DNA of 64,000 nt from Ascidiella aspersa (Eukaryota): assembly GCA_963924565.1 (NCBI GenBank), contig OZ004608.1, forward strand, positions 17,298,001 to 17,362,000. The letters are read 5' to 3'. Below the pieces are notes generated by a model that did not search any database, had not been told where the DNA came from, and saw nothing but the letters and a program-made list of their open reading frames with translations. Below are positions 53,533-64,000 of this stretch, piece by piece. Numbering within the stretch: position 1 is the stretch's first letter; each line of letters starts with the position of its first letter. The translations under genes and the position numbers were made by a program.

Positions 53533-56500
53533 ATGTTTTTTCGGTGAGTTTTTAGTTTTCTTACGTAGACGTAGGGAAAATAACGTTTATAGTGATTTAA
53601 TGTCAACTTATGAAAGCCAATTTTAAATAGTTAAATAAATAAAAAAAAAACTTTAAAAAGAAAATAAAAAAAACTAAATTACGTTTTAATTCCTCCTCAG
53701 GTTAATTTCTTTTTTGGTACTTCTGGAAACTTTTTTTCGAGCAAACGCACAAGGTATTTTAAATAATTTTAAGTTACAACTAAGAAAATTTTTTCTCTTA
53801 CATCAACTTAAAACGTATAGTCCGCTAAAGATAATCCCAAACTGTTAAACTATTTTCTGAGTTGAAGTACCGGTGATATACAGACAATTGCAAATAAATC
53901 GGCCACCTTTGTCGTTTTAGCATGCCCAGCCTTACGACCTGGCGTCCGTTGCGACAGACGCTGTTTCAGCAATATTTTCTGCAATAGCCCGATGTCGTGC
54001 ATATGCACTACTACATGTGACGGATTTACCTGTACCAATCCAAGAAACATCTGTAAGACCCCATATGTGTTGAGAGTTGACTTGTGTAATCCATTATTGC
54101 GATGGCGAGCAAAAAACGTTGTCTTACAGCACGATTTGCTCTTGATTGCTTTAATACAGTTCTGGTCGGCAAACTGTGGTTGGGCCGCGAGTTACTTGTG
54201 GTTGGGCCGCGAGTTACTTTTGAATAGCTTATTGTAATCATGTAGTTGTGAGCCGCGTAATAGCCGTATTGCATTTTATTCTAAAAGTTTGTGGGTCTGA
54301 ATTTTTATATCGTCTCGATGTGGTTCAGACCCAAGTGCCACGCGTTGTCATTAGAACCTGTCGAACTATTTTTTTCCAACTTTAAATAGCCTATATGTTA
54401 GTGCAAAATTTTTTGCGATCCGCGCGTATATTTTTCGTGTTTTCAATGTTCACATTATGGCATGGCAGTGTTTTCGGGCCACTGTTTTCGTAGTGGTTTT
54501 ACATAGTGGGCATTCAATAGCTCTAAAAAGAGTACTTTAGACCGCGACAAATGTTTGCCGACCACTGCTTAGAGAACCTTACCACCACATTGAACAAATG
54601 GCCACGTATTAACACTATGCTACATTTTAGTGTGCGAGGACTTGCCTGCGATTAACAATGGCCGACTTGTCCCAGTGCTTAACCACCGTTCCCCAGGCGA
54701 TGATATTACGTTTGAATGCAACGTCGGCTATCAACTCAGCTTTACTTCCATTCGTGTATGTCGTGTGGACGGTAGTTGGAGTGGTTCTTCTCCAGTCTGT
54801 TCTGGTATTTACCCTATAGTTATTTAAGTTTTCGATGTTACGAGTAAAAACATGCAAATAAATGTGGCTTAATTTTTTAATACGTCAAAAAACGCTTTAT
54901 TTTGTTTAATTATTGACCATTATTGAAATAGCCGTAAGTCCTCTTGAATTTTCAAACAGCCGGCAAATGTCCTGATTTTGGTGAGTTTGAAAATGGATTC
55001 TTTTCATTGAGCAACGGATATGATGTGGGTAGTGTGGCAAGCTACAGTTGCAACAAGGGCTACAAACTTAAAGGTTCCGAGGTCGTAACGTGTGGTTCGG
55101 ATTTTAATTGGAGCCATCCCACTCCCTCTTGTTCGTCTGGCCTAGAAGGTACGAATCGCAGTTTCACCGAGTAAATCTTTTAATAGAAATTTACTGCTCC
55201 GATACAGGTCTGCGAAGTTAATTATCCCCAATTATCCCCAATTCCCAACGGCCCAAGAGTCTGGCAATTGTACTTGAAACAGCAAACCAGTTATAGGGGG
55301 TCAAAACTCGGCCACCCACAATCCGTGGGTGGAAAAACAGACTTCGTGTCTAGTCCCTGTCTCTAGCCCTGCTGGGTGTCACAACTCTCTCTAGCATAGA
55401 GTGTGGCCTTGTCAGAATATTGCTATCTAACACCAAATAAACAAGACTCGGTCTGCGTCAGTGGACTCTTGTCTAAATTCGATGTTATTTAAATTCAAGG
55501 AAAACATATTTTTTTTTTAGTAAAACAAGTTCTATTTGTCTACGTTTGCTTTTTATAATTGTTATTGGTATTGTGTAAGGTTTTTACATTTATTCAGTGA
55601 CTGAATCTCGTACAATGAACTTCACATTTAACCAATTTATTTCTCATGTATAGATTTTTGCAACCAGCGACCCCCGAGCCTGGTAAACGGCAAATATCAA
55701 TTTGTCGTAGTCATACCACCAGGAGCGGACGCCTCCTTTGCACCCAGCGATATTCGATGGCGCATCGGAGATAAAATGAAGTACAGCTGTAACCGAGGCT
55801 TCAGTCTGAATACCAGCAATCCAGTCTGGACTTGCGTGGAAAAAGACACTTGGAGTGGTCAGGCGATGTCGTGTCTCCGTAAGCAATCAGCATTAACACA
55901 GACAACCTATATTTATGCATTTGTGTTTACAACAAATAAGTGTATGCGAGTTTTCAATCCGGACGCTTACCGGCTTTCGACATTTCATGGCAACACCATT
56001 TTTATTACCCATGTATGGAAAATTGTACACTAGACAGTTACTTAATTTCAGCATGCACTCCATTGCCAAGTGATGCCGACTGCGGAACGCCATGCCAGGC
56101 TAGCTACGAATGCGGCGCCAACAGTATCTGTTCGTGCTATGCACGTAGATGTGGAGAGGCCTCTTGCTTTTTACCCAGCTGTAAGTTGTTATTGCACAAA
56201 TTCCAATACTAGAGGAATGTATGTTCTAATGTCGTTATTTTAAACATGTTGTGATAAAGCCCATTGGAAGTAGTATTTTCACCAATAACGGCATTCATAT
56301 AATAGTATACTGGTTCCATCGAAAAGACTATTACCGAAATGAATTGATCAAATCAGGGATCTAGTAGAAGCATGCAACTGTTGGAAAATATTATCAATTA
56401 ACATTCAGCCCAATGTCCCGAGCTGCAAAACATTCCAAACGGAAAGGTTCGCTCGGTGGGAAGAGGAGAGGGCGCACTTGCGTCATATGAGTGCGAGAAG

Positions 56501-59500
56501 GGTTACGCGCTCGTTGGAAGCAAGACACGTCGCTGTCTTAAAGAAGACTGGATTTGGAGTGGAAGCAAGCCAAGATGTGCACAGAAAACCAAAGGTAAAC
56601 ATATTTTTTTTATTTTTAAGTAAGGGTGGTAGTGTTTTCTATCGTGCTCTGGATGATAGTTGTTCGAATTGCTCGTTGGTTATAGTAAAAATTTTCCTCG
56701 CGCGCGAGATCTAAATAAGTTTGGTTGTACACTCTCGCGAAGTAAAGCTTTTTTCAGAAGAAAAAATAAAATTAAATGGTAATCCCCGAACTACCTTCGA
56801 TAAAACTATGGATAACACCTGTTTTTTAGTTACTATGGGCAATGCCCGATCGGTGCTCTAAACATTTCATCGCACGTCCCGTAGACAAACCCTGGTTGAC
56901 TGTGTCAGGTTTTGCTTGTTTTTTTTAACAGAATTTTGCGAAAATCCACCCAACCTTGTCAACGGAATATACAGACAAGTTAGCATCAAGCCCTTGCCAT
57001 CCCGCCCGCCAAACGGAGCATCAGCTGCTGAAAGTATCAAGATCAAGTGGTCTATAGGAGACACAGTGCAGTATCGCTGCAACGCAGGCTTTAATCTGAA
57101 CTCCACCAACCCAATATGGACTTGCATTGAAGCAAACACATGGTCGGGTGCGCCCATGTCGTGCTTCGGTAAGTACAAAGGATTTTCGACCACAACTGAC
57201 AGTGAAGTAGGCTGTTATGCATTTAAAAAGTAGTTAATATAGCGGACGTGCAACATTTAACATCCTGCTCATCCGCCAAGACTGAGCCGGACTAAAATGT
57301 TTTTGCTATTGGATTCAGCTTGTACTCCTCTTCCTGAAAATTTACGATGCGGAAGAACTTGCGATGACAGTTCTGGTTGTAATCAGAATGAAATCTGCTC
57401 CTGCCACCAACGAAAATGCGGCGGCAGAACTTGTTTCGTACCTCGTAAGCTTGGCTTTGGTATTTTTTGTAAAACTATTACATTTGGCCAGTGGCTTTCC
57501 TAGGGTGAGTACTATAAATATTTGGTGTAATTAACTAAAATGCAAGAAGTGTTGCCGCACTGCATTGCATTTGTTTAACTGCATTAAAGATGCAGATTTT
57601 GATTAAAATGTATCAACCCGTCGAAGGTGACATATTTGTTCTATTCTTGTTGTTCGCAGCAGCACCCCTCAAATGTCCTCAACCTACATCAATTAGGAAT
57701 GGAGGCGTGCGGCACAACGGTCTTGTGCAGGGAAGTGCGGCCGTTTACTTTTGTCATTCCTCTTTTACAATGGTGGGTATTCACACCCGCATCTGCCTGG
57801 CAGACCTCACCTGGAGCGGCGAACAACCGAGATGCGATGCTAAAGGTTAGTAGGGATTTTCCTCGATAATACTACTAATGACGGGGCTCGGGCTGCTGCG
57901 CCAAAATATGCAAACCCTAATTAAGCTGTAATATTTAAAGGTTTTTGCGGGTCACCGCCACCGGTTCCGAATGGTTGGTACAAACTGGTTCAAGATCAAT
58001 TCGGTAATTCCGTTGGCGAAAACGCTGAAAACTACCAACGCTATGCAGTTGGCGACAAGTTTCAGTACGGATGTTCGAGAGGATACCAACTGAGCTCTTC
58101 TGTTTCGACGAAAACTTGTTTATCAGGAGGCACCTGGTCTGGAGACAACCTACAATGTATAAGTGGGTATCACGTTTCACAAAACACAAGACTTTTCGCA
58201 TTTTTTTCAATCTCTACCTCAAACATTCAAAACCATTAAAATAAATCGCCTTATTTTGATGATACAGAAACAAGATTAGAGTGTGAGAGGCTGACGGATA
58301 TAGCAAACGGAGTAATCACTCTGTTGGACGGCACCATTACACCCGGTTCCACTGTTCGCTACGATTGCGTCAGAGGGTTCCAGATGGTTGGAGATAATTT
58401 CAGAACTTGTCAGCGCGATGGGAGCTGGAGCGGGATTGAACCGACTTGTGTTAAAGTTAAAGGTACCGTAATTATTACTGTCAAAATTGTTGAGTTACGA
58501 AAGAACACTGCACACTGTACGAAAAGCTTGTGTTGGTTTGTTGACATCGTGAACGTTTGACTGAAGCTACATAATCCGAAAAACCCACATTAATAAAATA
58601 TATATTAACTTCTGACCCTATAAAACATATATCAACGTTCACATCGAAAACTATATGCTTTATGTGGACTTCGAAGTTAAATCTAGCGCAAGAAATATTA
58701 ACTTAGACCGTTTTACATTGTTTAATCTTAATTGTCCCATATATTGCTACATTCATAACACTACCATAATTATATAATCTTAATAAATCTCAGAAGCTTA
58801 AAATTGGCGAAAAATGCGTATCTTAAATCCCCGTTTTTCTCAGGTTTTTGTTGGTCTCCACCATCCATCTACAACGGCTGGTATAAGCTAGTTGGGGATC
58901 AGTCAAGCGGCACCATCGGCGAAAACGCAGATATCAACAAACGTTATGCTGTGGGTGACGTTTTTCAGTACGGCTGCATCAGAGGTTACCGTCTCAACTC
59001 TGACATCACGAAAAAGAAGTGTTTGAACGACGGCAACTGGGATGGGGTATCACTTCAGTGTATAAGTAAGAACATAGTATCAAACACTCTGCATTAGTTG
59101 GTAACATTGACACGTACGCTTTAGAAACGAGAGAGAAATGCCATAAACTTTCCATGGCTATATTGAACGGAGTGGCCCAAAAGGACAACGTCGTCGGACC
59201 CGGTTCGATCGTCAGCTATCTCTGCAACAGAGGTTACACTTTGGTTGGAGATCGTCAGAGAACTTGTCAGAACGACGGGACTTGGAGCGGAAGGGAACCT
59301 TCTTGTTTGAGATCACAAGGTTCGTTAAGAGAGCCAATTTAATTCCCGGCAATCGACCCAGTTGTATGTAGGCTACTCTTGCTGTTCAAAGAAACACAAT
59401 TTAATCTTCAATCTATTTTAGCCACACCGTTTTGCTGGTCACCACCGCCAATTATCAACGGCTGGTATAAATTAGTTGGGGACCTGTCCGCATCAAACGC

Positions 59501-62500
59501 AGCCGGTAACAACGCTGAAGTAAACGTACGCTACACCGTTGGCGACGTATTCCAATATGGCTGTAAAGCGGGATTCGTCCTAACGGAGTCCGCCAACGAC
59601 AAGAAAACTTGTTTACCGGATGGCACGTGGTCCGGCAGTCTAGTGCAATGTAGAGGTGAATTCATTTATCCATCCTGTATAATAATACTGTTGCAAGTTT
59701 ATCCGTTAGGTAGTGCGGTGTGGCATGGTAAATAAAAGGCTAACATGTTGATGTCTCTTAAAATTGTTAATCCTTGAAACTAAAAGCGTTAGTCGAAAAC
59801 GCCAATTCTGCTTGTTGCAGAAGTTCTGGACTGTGGTTTTGCTGGCCTGCTGTCGAACGGGCATTCCACGGTTATTGGCTGGGGCCCTGGCAGTGTGGCA
59901 TCGTACACTTGCCACCCCGGATACAACTTGGTTGGCAGCAGCCGGCGCACGTGCCAGATTGATGGAAATTATGACGGGATTCAGCCGACATGTGTCCCCA
60001 TTGGTAAGAATGTTATGAATCACTGAAAAACAATTTTTGTTTTGGCGACGCAAATAATTTTTCCGTTCCTTATACCATATTTTTAAATCGCCACAAAACG
60101 AAAGCCTATATGTTTCACTTCAATAAATAATCCTATTATTCAGGGCCACAAACTTTCTGCCCGGTTCCCGAGCCGCCGAATAACGGTTTTCTGTCGCTCT
60201 GTCGTTCCTGCTCGCTCAACTCCGGATCGCAGCCCAGAACCGACGTTCTGTCCTATGCCTGTGCTTTTGGGTACACTTTGGTAGGTCCGAGAAAGAGGAC
60301 TTGCATGCCACAAACCGGCAAGTGGAACTACGCTGCGCCAGTGTGCGTTTTCTGTAAGAAACAAACTTACCATGGTCAATTTTAATTTAACTGTGCCTTG
60401 TGCCGCTAGCCTTGATAATCTACAGCATTTTAAACCAGTTATTTTATAGTGGGAGAAGTCCTAGTAATTAGTCGTTGTCATACCGTCCCAATTAGAGCAA
60501 TATTTAGACTAATAATAGTCTTTAGTCAAGTCATAATGTAGCTTAGCTTTATTATTGTTTCCTTGTCGCAGCCGGTTGCACAGTGAGCTTCGAAATCCCG
60601 AACGGGTTTGTGGTTTCGAACTCTTTGCTACCTAACGCTCAAATTGAGATTCGGTGCGACCGAGGCTTCCAACTGGACAAAGTGGATCCCGTTTATTGTG
60701 AGGGAAACCAAGTCTGGAGCACTGCGCTACCGAACTGCGTGCCACAAACAGGTGAGAAAAAACGTTAATTGTTTTAGTTATGCCTGGTAGGTATTGAGTG
60801 GTGTGGGTCACTTTATAAATGATGTGACATATCCATCCTGTTCTTTTTTCCTAAGCTTCCAACAATCCCTGGACTTTATCCATCAGCGACAAAAGTTTCT
60901 TGTTCGGCAACGAGCTTCTGTCTTTCTATGACAGCGAAAGATTTTGCTTTAGCAAAGGAGGCTGGCTAGCGACATCTGGTGTCCGTGAAGAGAAACTTTA
61001 CAAGTGAGCTGTCTATGTGTATTTGCAAAGTAACACCAAAATATAAACACTGCTGATATACAGCGTTTCACACCGCGTTTCTTGGTCGTGTGTACCTCTT
61101 CTTTGAAAGCAATCTTTTTTTTAGAAAACTTAAAGACTATATGACGCCCGGCCATTCTTATTGGTTTGGGCTGACCGACCACGCCGAAGAATCCTTCTGG
61201 TTGTGGAAGACTGGCGACGTTTTGCATCCAGAAATGTACGATCCGGAATTACTGGAGGCGCTTGGAACGTAAGTAAAACGTACCATTGGGAATGTTTACT
61301 AGCCTACTGCCAGTGTTCTGGAACACATACTTTTTATATCTAGCATATGTGATTTGTTATACCGTGATTTGTTCGACTCCTAACACGTTATCCTTAAAGT
61401 TTGAAGGCTTTTACTTCTGACGACAACAACGATTGTGCGTTCGTGTCAAACGATTTTCAGCGTACTTGGAACGACGACGATTGTCAGAAGGGACGGCACT
61501 ACGCTTTATGCGAAAAAGGTGGTTAACAAATTGAAAACCAACAATTGTGACCACTTACAGTGAAGCACAAGCACAATTTTGACGACTTTAACATCTTGCG
61601 GTTCATGTGGCTGCCATAGCAATTAAAACACTATTCCAATATTTAACCCTAGAGTAGTTTATCTATCCCATCTTTTTACTGTTTATAATCAAACACTATG
61701 TCCTCTCTAATAGCAACTTTAAACAACTGGGTCGCCACTGGCAGCGGAATCGAGCAGATGACGATTCCCGGCCAAATCCAATGGATGGAGGCACTGGCAA
61801 GATGTCGTGCATACGGGGGTTGGCTTCTCATGAAACAACAAATACAGATTGTTACCAGGTAATTGTTGAATTTAACAACTACTGTATGTAGCACATAACC
61901 TTAATACCTTAATTTTTTGAACATGTAGAATGGTAGCTGTTATCAGGGCCAGGCTTGCTCCCCAAAACCACGAATCAAAAAGCAACCAAGAGTTGATACT
62001 TAACGACGCTGTTTGCGAACGAGGGGGTAGGTATGTCTTCATATTTTTCGAAAAAAAGTATGTTATATCTTTTACGACCAGTAGTTTTAAAATCATTCAT
62101 TATTGTCATGTTGCCCTCTTTTTTCTTTACTACTTGTAGGTGAACATCAGTATTCTCAAGAAAACAATATGGGTGAAGCTCACGCCAACCCCGACCAACA
62201 TGGTAAGTTCCGCAGTTTTAACGCTTATATTTTTGAAATGCCGCTAAGCGTGCATAACATTGACAGCTTCTGGTTCTTCAACACCGACTGTAACGCTAAC
62301 GCTAACGGACGCGGCAATCGTTACAACAACAACGCCTTTCCATAAAGTTTGTGGCCCGAGGTGCGACACTAATCAGGATTGTGGGTTTACGCAAAAGTGC
62401 CTCTGCGATGGACCATGCTCAGCTTCTTGTCTTCTCATCACCCATCCCACTAGCGGTAAGATACTTTCAACTAGCAGATAAATTACCCAAATATTCGGCG

Positions 62501-64000
62501 TAAAATCGCGAAGCATAATGTCCAATATTAGAATTAAAAAAACTACATTTTAGTGTGTTGCCCTCGTTCTTTACCACGGCGGACATGCGGGCCTGCCTGT
62601 GTCCACGCCGGACAGTGCAGGGCGGGTCAGCATTGTTCCTGCGACGGAAGATGCGGACTCTCTTGTCGGACGCTGATTCCATCAATAGGAGGAAGAATGG
62701 AACAGCCGGGAACATCAACTGGTGAGTTAAGATCTGTCATCAATGAAACTTGGTTCAAGTTCCACAATTTGCTTCAACAACCAGATCTTACTGATGTAGT
62801 AACAGAAGGGCAACGAAAGGCTGACAGCACAACGCAAAGTTCCTATTCTACCGAGGGCGTAAAAGGCGATGCTGAAATTTCCTATTCTACCAAAGGCTCG
62901 GGTTCTACCAAGGGCGCTAAAGGATCGCAAATTTCCTTTTCTACCAAGGGCGCAAAAGGCTTGGTTTCTATCAAAGTCTTTAAAGGCGATGATGAAATTT
63001 CCTATTCTACCAACGCCGTAAAAGGCTCGGTTTCTATCAAAGGCTTTAAAGGCGATGATGAAATTTCCTCTTCTACCAAGGGCGCAAAAGGCCCTGATTC
63101 TACCAAGGGCGCTAAAGGATCGCAATTTTCCTATTCTACCAACGCCGCAAAAGGCTCGGTTTCTACCAAAGGCTTTAAAGGCGATGATGAAATTTCCTAT
63201 TCTACCAAGGCCGCAAAAAGCCGTGATTCTACCAAGGGCGCTAAAGGATCGCAATTTTCCTATTCTACCAACGCCGCAAAAGGCTCGGTTTCTACCAAAG
63301 GCTTAAAAGGCGATGATGAAATTTCCTATTCTACCAAGGCCGCAAAGGGCCCTGATTCTACCAAGGGCGCTAAAGGATCGCAATTTTCCTATTCTACCAA
63401 CGCCGCAAAAGGCTCGGTTTCTACCAAAGGCTTTAAAGGCGATGATGAAATTTCCTATTCTACCAAGGGCGCAAAGGGCCCTGATTTTACCAAAGGCGCT
63501 AAAGGATCGGAAAGTTCCTATTCTACCAAGGGCGCAAAAGGCTCGGTTTCTACCAAAGGCTTTAAAGGCGATGATGAAATTTCCTATTCTACCAAGGGCG
63601 CAAAGGGCCCTGATTTTACCAAAGGCGCTAAAGGATCGGAAAGTTTCTATTCTACGAAGGGCGCAAAAGGCTCTGTTTCTACCAAAGGCTTTAAAGGCGA
63701 TGCTGAAATTTCCTTTTCTACCAAGGGCGCTAAAGGCTCGCAGATTTCCTATTCCACCAAGGGCGCTAAAGGATCGGAAAGTTCAACAGAAGACGGAGTT
63801 TCTTCGCAACAAGTACCGTTAACTTCTGTTACAACTGAAGTTGGACCAGAATATTCTATTTCGGGATCGGGAGTGTCGAGCGCAGGTGTACTTGGATCAA
63901 CCGTGGTTCAAGATAATAATGGTAAGAGCACGGTCTTTGACGCATTATTTTTTTCGTTGCGAAATCGAAATTCTTCTTAGCAGGGTATCAATGTCCAATG
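53533..64000 (+). CDS. Large secreted mosaic protein: signal peptide, WAP-like x5, CCP/sushi x14, C-type lectin x1 plus a truncated second, Lys/Gly/Ser repeat; 3' end beyond window (LEV-9/Hasp-like architecture)
   Basis: Signal peptide MFFRLISFLVLLETFFRANAQ: 53533-53543, 53701-53753. WAP: 53921-54052. CCP: 54631-54804, 54960-55148, 55654-55878. WAP: 56052-56180. CCP: 56409-56594, 56932-57168. WAP: 57319-57444. CCP: 57660-57845, 57941-58162, 58268-58462, 58844-59065, 59125-59319, 59422-59655, 59821-60003, 60144-60353, 60572-60751. CTLD (YWFGLTD..WND..C...ALCEK): 60856-61003, 61125-61268, 61400-61518. Truncated CTLD: 61714-61858, 61929-62026. Linker: 62140-62202. WAP: 62267-62455, 62554-62721. 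Repeat exon: 62785-63921. Next exon from ~63984. Domain exons are symmetric phase 1. Confidence 0.88.
54157..54567. mobile_element. hAT-like MITE
   Basis: CAGT..GGTCGGCAAAC/GTTTGCCGACCACTG ends; subterminal GGGCCGCG motifs. Confidence 0.65.
62845..63790 (+). repeat. Coding tandem repeat, 129-nt / 43-aa higher-order unit built from STKxxKG subunits
   Basis: GGCGATGATGAAATTTCC recurs at about 63051, 63180, 63309, 63438 and 63567 (129-nt period). Unit: STKGAKGSQFSY-STNAAKGSV-STKGFKGDDEISY-STKAAKGPD. Confidence 0.95.

Noticed and set aside
62727-63822. Long overlapping ORFs in alternative frames and on the minus strand
   Set aside because: By-product of a tandem repeat with a period divisible by three whose unit lacks stops in those frames.

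Overview
AT-rich, intron-containing animal genomic DNA from a compact genome. It looks ascidian/tunicate-like, but that is inference. Five protein-coding genes were reconstructed exon by exon using GT-AG junctions and phase continuity. (1) A KDM4/JMJD2 histone demethylase (+, 18 coding exons, ~971 aa). (2) An intron-poor PP2A B56/PPP2R5 regulatory subunit (-, 3 exons, ~433 aa). (3) A polypyrimidine tract-binding protein PTBP (+, 16 coding exons, ~534 aa). (4) A small protein with three trefoil domains (-). (5) A large secreted mosaic protein (+, runs off the window end) with signal peptide, 5 WAP-like modules, 14 CCP/sushi modules, C-type lectin domains and a 43-aa Lys/Gly/Ser/Tyr repeat. Introns and intergenic DNA hold many MITEs (hAT-like and Merlin-like, several with 8-bp TSDs, one deeply nested) and a degenerate Penelope-like retroelement with inverted, hammerhead-ribozyme-bearing pLTRs. 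The most notable signals are four. First, a PTBP regulatory architecture: a 34-nt frameshifting cassette exon behind a 345-nt AG-free zone with a distant branch point, an alternative Pro/Gln-rich first exon, and four miR-1 seed matches. Second, short palindromic mini-elements that carry minimal hammerhead ribozymes. Third, a LEV-9/Hasp-like WAP-CCP protein fused to an adhesive-like repeat. Fourth, a B56 gene that appears to have lost its 5' introns.
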